Part shown: positions 27,762 to 33,875 of the stretch, in pieces
Layout of the letters: every line of letters starts with the position of its first letter
Position numbering within the stretch: position 1 is the first letter of the stretch
Virus record (IMG/VR): IMGVR_UViG_3300027747_002221
Location: 1 to 64,000 of that record
DNA: 64,000 nucleotides
Direction: 5' to 3' (one strand)
Translations under genes and position numbers: made by a program
The notes under the pieces: model-generated
Database searches by the model: none
What the model saw: the letters and a program-made list of their open reading frames with translations, nothing else
What the model was told of the DNA's origin: nothing

Positions 27762-28004
27762 TTATCCATTTCTATGATGTCTGCTCTGGCGGTTGCCTTT
27801 TGCATAGGTCTTCAAATACTCAATACCTACTGTACCGTCTTCAATTTCTTCCAACGCTCGCAGAATATTGCTTCTTGCATCACTATGCTTTTCCTTTTTT
27901 AGTTCTCGTGCTCTTGCAGTAGCAACCAAAACCATATCATACCGATTGCCTATTTTACGTACGGCATCTTCTGATGTATACCTACCCCGATCTAGATCTT
28001 TCAT
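27762..28004 (-). CDS. rpoZ: RNA polymerase omega subunit homolog
   Basis: TSEDAVRKIGNRYDMVLVATARAREL...ALEEIEDG vs E. coli [26 protein letters not shown]...ALREIEEG. Confidence 0.85.
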   Translation of the reverse strand: MKDLDRGRYTSEDAVRKIGNRYDMVLVATARARELKKEKHSDARSNILRALEEIEDGTVGIEYLKTYAKGNRQSRHHRNG

Positions 28005-28017
28005 AACTACCTTTATA

Positions 28018-28094
<77 letters not shown>

Positions 28095-28265
28095 AATTTA
28101 TTTAATTGTTTTCGTTACTATTAGTTTGTTGTTCGTTATATTGTTGAAGACGCATTTCAAATTGTTCTTCAGTCAAATTATGCCAACCTATACAAACTCC
28201 TGTTGGGCTACGACCACACCCGCATTGGGTATTTACTTCTGTCAAAGTATCTCTTGGATTAACTA

Positions 28266-28511
28266 TCATTCCATCTCCTTCTTTTTAATTTTCATTCCAA
28301 CAAATGTTCCAAAAAATGCACCTAGAATAGCAGGAATCATTAACCAATGATTCGTTGTATAATTTATAATAGCTATACTACCTAGCACATAGCAAGCCAC
28401 TGCCCATATACTAGCTTTTAATACTTGATTATGCTGTACATATCTTAAGTAATATGTATAAACTATATCGAGTAAAAAAATAGCTATAAATGTTGTTACA
28501 TAATCTATCAT
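28266..28511 (-). CDS. Small membrane protein
   Basis: Real start MIDYVTT at 28511 (the longer ORF overlaps tRNA-Leu); three hydrophobic segments. Confidence 0.6.
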   Translation of the reverse strand: MIDYVTTFIAIFLLDIVYTYYLRYVQHNQVLKASIWAVACYVLGSIAIINYTTNHWLMIPAILGAFFGTFVGMKIKKKEME

Positions 28512-28516
28512 ATTTT

Positions 28517-28602
28517 TGGTACCAGAGACGGGACTCGAACCCGTATGCCCTTGCGAGCGGCAGATTTTAAGTCTGCTGTGTATACCATTCCACCACTCTG
28601 GC
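28517..28602 (-). tRNA. tRNA-Leu(TAA)
   Basis: GCAGA-CTTAAAA-TCTGC, long variable arm, CCA. Confidence 0.92.
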
Positions 28603-28642
28603 ATTTGCTTATTATAAACTCTTTAGCTAAAAAGAACAATCT

Positions 28643-28933
28643 TTAGTCATCCAAAACATGATCCGCAACAGGCGAAACCTTATCCAAATAATTCTCTTTA
28701 TATCTTTTCTTTGATTCTTCCATATCAATGGAAATGCCAACTGAATCTTTTACTACAGTATAAACGGAATGCATAATCTTTTGTACCATTCTTTTTGCCA
28801 TGTCATCTATTACTTTATACGGATCGTCACCTGTTGCAATTCTTTGGAGAGCAAATCCATATTCATATTTACGAACTCGATCTACCCATTCTTCGAAAGT
28901 TTCATCTGGTTTTATTCTGATTACGTTGGACAT
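28643..28933 (-). CDS. Stand-alone glutamyl-tRNA reductase (HemA) dimerization-domain-like protein
   Basis: RVRKYEYGFALQRIATGDDPYKVIDDMAKRMVQKIMH fits the HemA C-terminal pattern RxxExxxAxxxLAxGxDPxxVLxxLxxxLxxKLxH. Confidence 0.6.
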   Translation of the reverse strand: MSNVIRIKPDETFEEWVDRVRKYEYGFALQRIATGDDPYKVIDDMAKRMVQKIMHSVYTVVKDSVGISIDMEESKKRYKENYLDKVSPVADHVLDD

Positions 28934-28939
28934 TCATTT

Positions 28940-29302
28940 TTAATCTTTAATTTGGCTATCGCCTGGCATTACTCTATAGTTATCTTCCACAGAATCTGGC
29001 GTGGAGACTTCTATAACTGTACCTGCTTCAATACACTCTAATTGGTGTGGCATACAAGGAACATTGTGCCATACCGCACCTTCATGCAATTCTTTTTCGA
29101 GAACTTCTGCTGTCATAGTATCAATCCAACGAACAATAAACTTGCCACTTTGTATGTACCAGGTTTCTTCTTTGTCTTTATGGAAGTGCATACTAAACTT
29201 AGCGCCCGCGTTGAAGTTCATAAACTTTCCGCAATATTTGTCATTGGTAGCCCAGATTAATTCTGAACCCCAACCTTTTGTAACCAAACCTGTTAATCTC
29301 AT
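28940..29302 (-). CDS. Cupin domain protein
   Basis: KGWGSELIW...FSMHFHKDKEETW...PHQL...EVST. Confidence 0.75.
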   Translation of the reverse strand: MRLTGLVTKGWGSELIWATNDKYCGKFMNFNAGAKFSMHFHKDKEETWYIQSGKFIVRWIDTMTAEVLEKELHEGAVWHNVPCMPHQLECIEAGTVIEVSTPDSVEDNYRVMPGDSQIKD

Positions 29303-29317
29303 TAAACTTCCTAACTA

Positions 29318-29391
29318 TGGAGCGGGATAGGAGAATCGAACTCCTGACTTGAACTTGGAAGGATCTCGTTTTACCACTAAACTAACCCCGC
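29318..29391 (-). tRNA. tRNA-Gly(TCC)
   Basis: Cloverleaf, CTTCCAA loop, CCA. Confidence 0.9.
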
Positions 29392-29883
29392 TTATGCTGC
29401 TAGCGCCGCCATAGCCATGACCTCTTTTAATCGGTCCGCGGCATAACTTGCGGCAAACGCATTTGGTTTAACCATAGGTACTACGTTACACATACCTTTG
29501 ATATAACCAACTGCTTGTTGAATAACTATAGAACTATTATAACATTCTTTAGGATTAATGTCAAGATGAATTTGAACTTCCTTGTCACCTATAACATCTG
29601 CTTCTAAAAGTTTGTGATATAATTCTGCAACTTTGTAAACTTCTGTCATTAGACGCATAGATGGTTTCCCCGCTTTTGCATCAAAGTCTATTTCAGTTTG
29701 TATTTCTCCAAAAATCTTACAACCATGGCATCCATCGATATGGACTACAATCGCAAGGGTATAATCTGCATACCATTTTCCATTGCGTCTATAGCGTTCG
29801 GAGTCTGCTCCTAAATATATTTTAGTTTCAGGACTTTGTTCTGCAATAAATCTTGTTACTTCAGCTATATCAATTTTTTTCAT
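29392..29883 (-). CDS. RNase H-like YkuK/DUF458 family protein
   Basis: IYLGADS...E..K...IHLDIN...KPNAFAASYAAD. Confidence 0.7.
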   Translation of the reverse strand: MKKIDIAEVTRFIAEQSPETKIYLGADSERYRRNGKWYADYTLAIVVHIDGCHGCKIFGEIQTEIDFDAKAGKPSMRLMTEVYKVAELYHKLLEADVIGDKEVQIHLDINPKECYNSSIVIQQAVGYIKGMCNVVPMVKPNAFAASYAADRLKEVMAMAALAA

Positions 29884-29897
29884 AGTAGCACCTTTTG

Positions 29898-29971
29898 TGG
29901 AGCGGGTAGCGAGAATCGAACTCGCGAATAAACCTTGGCAAGGTTTCAGGTTACCATTACATCATACCCGC
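29898..29971 (-). tRNA. tRNA-Gly(GCC)
   Basis: AAACC-TTGCCAA-GGTTT, CCA. Confidence 0.92.
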
Positions 29972-29979
29972 ATATTTAA

Positions 29980-30008
29980 ATTATAACACCAAACAAACAT
30001 TTTGTCAA
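29980..30008 (-). promoter_or_regulatory. Sigma70 early promoter
   Basis: TTGACA-17-TATAAT. Confidence 0.75.
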
Positions 30009-30016
30009 GCATTATT

Positions 30017-30090
30017 TGGTACCCCGTCACGGAGTCGAACCGCGGCCCTCAGTTTTGGAGACTGATGTGCTACCGTAACACTTACGAGAT
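30017..30090 (-). tRNA. tRNA-Trp(CCA)
   Basis: TCAGT-CTCCAAA-ACTGA, CCA. Confidence 0.88.
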
Positions 30091-30327
30091 ATTATTTTTA
30101 TACATAGCCATTAAGGCATCTTCTGTGGTCAAAATATCGTAGAACTCATCTTTGTCAGTTCCCGTATTATCAATTACGGATTTTTTTGATATGGATTTAA
30201 ACGCTTCATCTTCATTCTGTTGATCTTCAATTTCTCTTAGATCTCTGCCAAAAATAGCGTCCCATCTATTTTTGTATTCCTCATTGGTAACACTAAATGG
30301 TCTTGGGATAGAACCTTTTCCTGTCAT
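30082..30327 (-). CDS. Small hypothetical phage protein
   Basis: MTGKGSIPRPFSV...WDAIFG; TATAAATA at 30360-30367 upstream. Confidence 0.55.
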   Translation of the reverse strand: MTGKGSIPRPFSVTNEEYKNRWDAIFGRDLREIEDQQNEDEAFKSISKKSVIDNTGTDKDEFYDILTTEDALMAMYKNNIS

Positions 30328-30373
30328 TGCAATCTCCTAATAAATAAATGATAATAACATATTTATATCTACC

Positions 30374-30949
30374 ATGGATCCATACCTCGAGTTAGAAGTT
30401 TCTATCGACGCAACCGACGAAGAAATAAAAATACAATATAGAGCTATGGCTATGATTCATCATCCCGACAAAGGTGGAGATGAAGAAAAATTTAAACGTA
30501 TAAAAGAAGCGTATGAGATTTTATCTGATCCTATACGTCGTAAGGCATATGAAATATCTGGCGATGCAGAAACTAATTTACAAATTAGGAATGCTGCACT
30601 TGATCATATTGCTCAAATGATGGGACAAATTGTTCCCCAATTTAATTCTGAAGCTGATGATTTGTTTGCTATAATGAGACACGAAGTAAATAATATACGC
30701 CAGGGTATGATTGAAAATACAAACGTATGTGTTGGATATATGGCAAATCTACAAAAGGTTATGGTCAGAGTAAATGCCAAACATGATAAACATAATATCA
30801 TAATGGATATACTGCAAAAACAAATAGATTTTAGAAATCGAGAACACGCGGAATTTGCGCAACGTATTAAGGTTTGTGATCTTGAAATTGAAATTCTCAA
30901 AGACTACGAATATGGTTTAATAGAACGTATTCAATTGCCTGAGAATTAA
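30374..30949 (+). CDS. J-domain (DnaJ-like) protein
   Basis: MDPYLELEV...HHPDKGGDEEKFKRIKEAYEILSD (HPD motif), then helical C-terminus. Confidence 0.85.
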   Translation: MDPYLELEVSIDATDEEIKIQYRAMAMIHHPDKGGDEEKFKRIKEAYEILSDPIRRKAYEISGDAETNLQIRNAALDHIAQMMGQIVPQFNSEADDLFAIMRHEVNNIRQGMIENTNVCVGYMANLQKVMVRVNAKHDKHNIIMDILQKQIDFRNREHAEFAQRIKVCDLEIEILKDYEYGLIERIQLPEN

Positions 30950-30950
30950 A

Positions 30951-31024
30951 TGGATGCGGGAGATGGATTCGCACCACCCTCGAGAGAGCTTATGAGACTC
31001 TTCGGGTCACTAGACCTTCCCGCG
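30951..31024 (-). tRNA. Atypical tRNA-Met(CAT), initiator-like (C1:A72)
   Basis: CGCGGGA/TCCCGCA acceptor, 4-bp D-stem with 4-nt loop, CTCATAA loop, T-loop TGCGAAT, CCA. Confidence 0.7.
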
Positions 31025-31029
31025 CAATC

Positions 31030-31105
31030 TGGTGGTAATGAGTGGACTCGAACCACTAACACTCTGCTTATGAAGCAGGAAGACTAACCATTGTCCTACA
31101 TTACC
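31030..31105 (-). tRNA. tRNA-Met(CAT), elongator
   Basis: Cloverleaf, CTGC-TTCATAA-GCAG, CCA. Confidence 0.85.
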
Positions 31106-31124
31106 TATTACATAAAAATATAAA

Positions 31125-31214
31125 TGGCGGAGCGTCAGGGAGTCGAACCCTGTGAACCATTTTACCTGTTCTACGGTTTAGCAAACCGCTGCCTTACCAC
31201 CCGGCCCACGCTCC
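31125..31214 (-). tRNA. tRNA-Ser(GCT)
   Basis: GCGGT-TTGCTAA-ACCGT, long variable arm, GCCA. Confidence 0.92.
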
Positions 31215-31218
31215 ATTT

Positions 31219-31310
31219 TGGCGGAAGACGGAGGAGTCGAACCCCATCCCTGTTAAGAGAACCTGGTTTTCAAGGCCAGTCGCAGGACCAACCCCGCTGC
31301 ATCATCTTCC
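31219..31310 (-). tRNA. tRNA-Ser(TGA)
   Basis: CTGGC-CTTGAAA-ACCAG, long variable arm, GCCA. Confidence 0.88.
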
Positions 31311-31424
31311 AAATTTGTGTTAGGTATTTTTGTGTCAGGAACCTAACAAACCCCGTGAGCACAGCCCATCCTGTTTTCGTGTCAGCGGAGGCGGAATATG
31401 GTTACAGGTCCGCCCTGTTATTTA
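31311..31424 (-). ncRNA. Candidate structured ncRNA between tRNA-Phe and tRNA-Ser
   Basis: GC-rich non-coding spacer with several helices (see findings). Confidence 0.4.
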
Positions 31425-31500
31425 TGGTACCAAGAGACGGGATCGAACCGCCCACACCCGGATTTTCAATCCGGTGCTCTACCAACTGAGCTATCTTGGC
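31425..31500 (-). tRNA. tRNA-Phe(GAA)
   Basis: CCGGA-TTGAAAA-TCCGG, CCA. Confidence 0.93.
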
Positions 31501-31502
31501 AT

Positions 31503-31577
31503 TGGGTCGAGGTACGAGGATCGAACTCGTGATAGCGGAATCACAACCCGCGGTTTTACCACTAAACTAACCTCAAC
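31503..31577 (-). tRNA. tRNA-His(GTG)
   Basis: Encoded G-1:C73, GCGGG-TTGTGAT-TCCGC. Confidence 0.92.
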
Positions 31578-31583
31578 ATAGAT

Positions 31584-31660
31584 TGGCCGGCCCTGAGAGA
31601 CTCGAACTCCCAACCTCTAGTTTCGAAGACTAGCACTCTAATCCATTGAGTTAAGGGCCG
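31584..31660 (-). tRNA. tRNA-Arg(TCG)
   Basis: CTAGT-CTTCGAA-ACTAG, GCCA. Confidence 0.92.
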
Positions 31661-31664
31661 TTAT

Positions 31665-31756
31665 TGGTACCAGCGGTGAGACTCGAACTCACTCAAGAAC
31701 GCTAATCTGGCGCTAAAAGGTGTATAAGACCTCTCTGACTACCCAGTCTCGCTGGC
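31665..31756 (-). tRNA. Atypical tRNA with TAT anticodon and long variable arm
   Basis: GCCAGCG/CGCTGGT acceptor, GACT-GGGT-AGTC mini D-arm, GAGGT-CTTATAC-ACCTT, variable hairpin AGCGC/GCGTT, GTGAG-TTCGAGT-CTCAC, ACCA. Confidence 0.75.
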
Positions 31757-31847
31757 AATTAATACTGACTACCATATAGAAACACACTTGATATAGTAGC
31801 ATTTGCTATCACGGATGAACCCGAGTTTAATCAAATATGTTTTTATA
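31757..31847 (-). ncRNA. Candidate three-way-junction ncRNA
   Basis: 13-bp closing stem AAACATATTTGAT/ATCAAGTGTGTTT enclosing two hairpins. Confidence 0.45.
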
Positions 31848-31923
31848 TGGTACGGGCAGAGGGATTCGAACCCACGACCAATAGATTAAAAGTCTACTGC
31901 TCTACCGACTGAGCTATACCCGC
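31848..31923 (-). tRNA. tRNA-Lys(TTT)
   Basis: GTAGA-CTTTTAA-TCTAT, CCA. Confidence 0.93.
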
Positions 31924-32034
31924 GTTTATTGCTCTTCGTAATGCTTTGTTAGGCTTACGATGGCTACCCGCTTTTCTTTTTAAAGCCAAAACAACGAAGG
32001 GGTTACGTTGCCTGACGATTATCTTATGCTTCAT
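31894..32034 (-). CDS. Small very basic ORF (46 aa) running into tRNA-Lys
   Basis: AGGAG RBS; MKHKIIVRQRNPFVVLALKRKAGSHRKPNKALRRAINAGIAQSVEQ; not in ORF track. Confidence 0.55.
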   Translation of the reverse strand: MKHKIIVRQRNPFVVLALKRKAGSHRKPNKALRRAINAGIAQSVEQ

Positions 32035-32053
32035 TTTTATCTCCTAAAACACT

Positions 32054-32082
32054 ATTATAACATCTTTTTTAAAACTTGTCAA
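32054..32082 (-). promoter_or_regulatory. Sigma70 early promoter
   Basis: TTGACA-17-TATAAT. Confidence 0.75.
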
Positions 32083-32085
32083 ATT

Positions 32086-32159
32086 TGGCAGAGGGTACTG
32101 GGATCGAACCAGTGATGACAGAGTCAAAGTCTGTAGTGTTGCCTCTACACTAACCCCCA
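32086..32159 (-). tRNA. tRNA-Gln(TTG)
   Basis: ACAGA-CTTTGAC-TCTGT, GCCA. Confidence 0.9.
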
Positions 32160-32160
32160 A

Positions 32161-32250
32161 CAAAAAAATTATGGCAGGTGAGGTATCCACTACTCAGGGT
32201 CTAGCCCCCTTTCGTTGCCCATTCTCCTTTTACTTTCCTTACCATAAACT
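32161..32250 (-). ncRNA. Candidate structured ncRNA between tRNA-Arg and tRNA-Gln
   Basis: Closing stem TATGGTA/TGCCATA followed by a T-run. Confidence 0.3.
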
Positions 32251-32325
32251 TGGTCCGCCGAAGAGGAATCGAACCTCTATTAATAGCTTAGAAGGCTACT
32301 GTTCTATCCGTTGAACTATCGGCAG
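32251..32325 (-). tRNA. tRNA-Arg(TCT)
   Basis: GTAGC-CTTCTAA-GCTAT, CCA. Confidence 0.92.
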
Positions 32326-32330
32326 GTATT

Positions 32331-32594
32331 TTATTCTGCGACTGCCAATACATTATCCTCAGAAACTACACCGAGATACATATCGCCTTCTTTTACTGTC
32401 TTGATATTTTGCCATTGCAAATATACAATATCTCCAACTTTGACTTCTTCAACATCTGGTCCAATTGCAAGTACAGTTCCTGTCTTTGCTCTAGGATCAG
32501 CTAAAGTCTTGCCTACATAGATACCGCTTTCAGTTTCTTCTTGACGTTCCGTATCTTTAACTAGTATATTGTTTCTAAGTGGTTGATATTTCAT
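32331..32594 (-). CDS. groES: Co-chaperonin GroES (Cpn10)
   Basis: YQPLRNNILVK...TESGIYV...GTVLAIGP...VKVGDIV...EDNVLAV. Confidence 0.88.
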   Translation of the reverse strand: MKYQPLRNNILVKDTERQEETESGIYVGKTLADPRAKTGTVLAIGPDVEEVKVGDIVYLQWQNIKTVKEGDMYLGVVSEDNVLAVAE

Positions 32595-32614
32595 AGTTTT
32601 CTTTCAAGTTAATA

Positions 32615-32688
32615 TGGTGCCCCATGACAGAATCGAACTGCCGTAACCTGATTACAAAACAGGTGTAATACCATTATACTAATAGGGC
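32615..32688 (-). tRNA. tRNA-Thr(TGT)
   Basis: Cloverleaf, TTTGTAA loop, CCA. Confidence 0.9.
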
Positions 32689-32690
32689 AT

Positions 32691-32765
32691 TGGTACCTGG
32701 TGACAGTTTCGAACTGCCGACCCTCTCGGTGTAAACGAGACGCTCTACCACTGAGCTAACCAGGC
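32691..32765 (-). tRNA. tRNA-Val(TAC)
   Basis: TCTCG-TTTACAC-CGAGA, CCA. Confidence 0.93.
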
Positions 32766-32769
32766 AATT

Positions 32770-32854
32770 TGGTGGAGGTAGTTAGATTCGAACCAACTCA
32801 CCCGAAAGAACAGATTTACAGTCTGCCGCGCCTCTCCAACTGCGCCGTACCTCC
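32770..32854 (-). tRNA. tRNA-Tyr(GTA)
   Basis: GCAGA-CTGTAAA-TCTGT, long variable arm, CCA. Confidence 0.93.
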
Positions 32855-32858
32855 AATT

Positions 32859-32933
32859 TGGCTCCCCTGCGTGGGCTCGAACCACGGACCAAATGATTAA
32901 CAGTCATCTACTCTACCACTGAGCTACAAGGGA
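32859..32933 (-). tRNA. tRNA-Asn(GTT)
   Basis: ATGA-CTGTTAA-TCAT, GCCA. Confidence 0.92.
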
Positions 32934-32940
32934 ATATACA

Positions 32941-33017
32941 TGGTCCGTGTGACACGATTCGAACATGCGACCACCTGGTCCCAAACCAGGAGCTCTACCA
33001 GGCTGAGCTACACACGG
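32941..33017 (-). tRNA. tRNA-Pro(TGG)
   Basis: CCTGG-TTTGGGA-CCAGG, CCA. Confidence 0.93.
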
Positions 33018-33024
33018 ATAAATT

Positions 33025-33099
33025 TGGTGGAGGATAGGAGATTCGAACTCCTGACTGAAGCTTGCAAAGCTACTGCGTTCCCAATTACGCCAATCCCCC
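33025..33099 (-). tRNA. tRNA-Ala(TGC)
   Basis: G3:U70 pair, TTTGCAA loop, CCA. Confidence 0.9.
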
Positions 33100-33110
33100 G
33101 AATATTTTTT

Positions 33111-33187
33111 TGGTGCCCCAGGCGAGACTCGAACTCGCAAAATTTGGCTTCTAAGACCAACACGTATACCAATTCCGTCACCGAGGC
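33111..33187 (-). tRNA. tRNA-Leu(TAG) with short variable loop
   Basis: TTGGT-CTTAGAA-GCCAA, 5-nt variable region, ACCA. Confidence 0.85.
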
Positions 33188-33193
33188 AAATAC

Positions 33194-33269
33194 TGGCGGT
33201 CTTAGGGGGTAACGATCCCCACTCTTACGGCGTGACAAGCCGTCGTGCGTCCATGAACACTTTAAGACC
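33194..33269 (-). tRNA. tRNA-Asp(GTC)
   Basis: ACGGC-TTGTCAC-GCCGT, GCCA. Confidence 0.9.
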
Positions 33270-33270
33270 A

Positions 33271-33470
33271 TATTAGGATAAGCTACTGGTTTTCCGGGCC
33301 AGCCCTTAATTGAGCAGTTACTCTGTCCATCCCATTTATTCTGTCGTCTGTGTGCAGTTGGGATTCTGCCTATCAGAGCCTGAGTATTTCTCTCGCTAAC
33401 GGTTTTCTGCCACCGGATCTCTATCGCTAATCAAGCGCTATTTTAACGAAAATAGTAACGGGATCTTTTT
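33271..33470 (-). ncRNA. Candidate ~200-nt multi-hairpin ncRNA
   Basis: No ORF; at least 5 hairpins; directly downstream of a sigma70 promoter. Confidence 0.5.
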
Positions 33471-33480
33471 ACTTGTTTCT

Positions 33481-33508
33481 ATTATAACATCATTACAATA
33501 ATTGTCAA
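33481..33508 (-). promoter_or_regulatory. Sigma70 early promoter
   Basis: TTGACA-16-TATAAT. Confidence 0.7.
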
Positions 33509-33518
33509 GCATTAATTT

Positions 33519-33596
33519 TGGAACCTAGGGTCAGATTTGAACTGACGATTTTACGGATTTGCAATCCGGTGCATTTGACCGCTCTGCCACCTAGGC
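33519..33596 (-). tRNA. tRNA-Cys(GCA)
   Basis: CCGGA-TTGCAAA-TCCGT, TCCA. Confidence 0.9.
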
Positions 33597-33631
33597 ATAA
33601 ACCATTATTTTGTAGCCTGTACACAAAATAA

Positions 33632-33707
33632 TGGCGTCCCGTACCGGATTCGAACCGGTGTGAATAGCGTGAAAGGCTACTATCCTAGGCCTCTAGATGA
33701 ACGGGAC
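33632..33707 (-). tRNA. tRNA-Glu(TTC)
   Basis: GTAGC-CTTTCAC-GCTAT, GCCA. Confidence 0.92.
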
Positions 33708-33710
33708 ATT

Positions 33711-33784
33711 TGGTCCTCTCGGATGGTAACGATCCAACGTCTATCGATTATCAATCGATTGCTCTACCTTTGAGCTACAAGAGG
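33711..33784 (-). tRNA. tRNA-Ile(GAT)
   Basis: ATCGA-TTGATAA-TCGAT, CCA. Confidence 0.9.
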
Positions 33785-33846
33785 AAATGGCATGCAAATT
33801 TTAAATGAACTTTATTTAAATAGCGATCTATTTAAATTATGTGCTA

Positions 33847-33875
33847 ATTATAACACCTTTTAGTAACCTTGTCAA
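33847..33875 (-). promoter_or_regulatory. Sigma70 early promoter heading the tRNA array
   Basis: TTGACA-17-TATAAT. Confidence 0.75.

Noticed and set aside
31311-31424. HDV-like theta, pistol, twister or hammerhead ribozyme after tRNA-Phe
   Set aside because: I could not build the nested double pseudoknot or find the catalytic core motifs by eye, so it is kept only as an unclassified structured RNA.
33271-33470. RNase P RNA or tmRNA identity for the long ncRNA candidate
   Set aside because: It lacks the GAGGAAAGUCC P4 signature and any tRNA-like acceptor or T-arm ends; there is only a vague AUAAAUG / GCUUAU resemblance.
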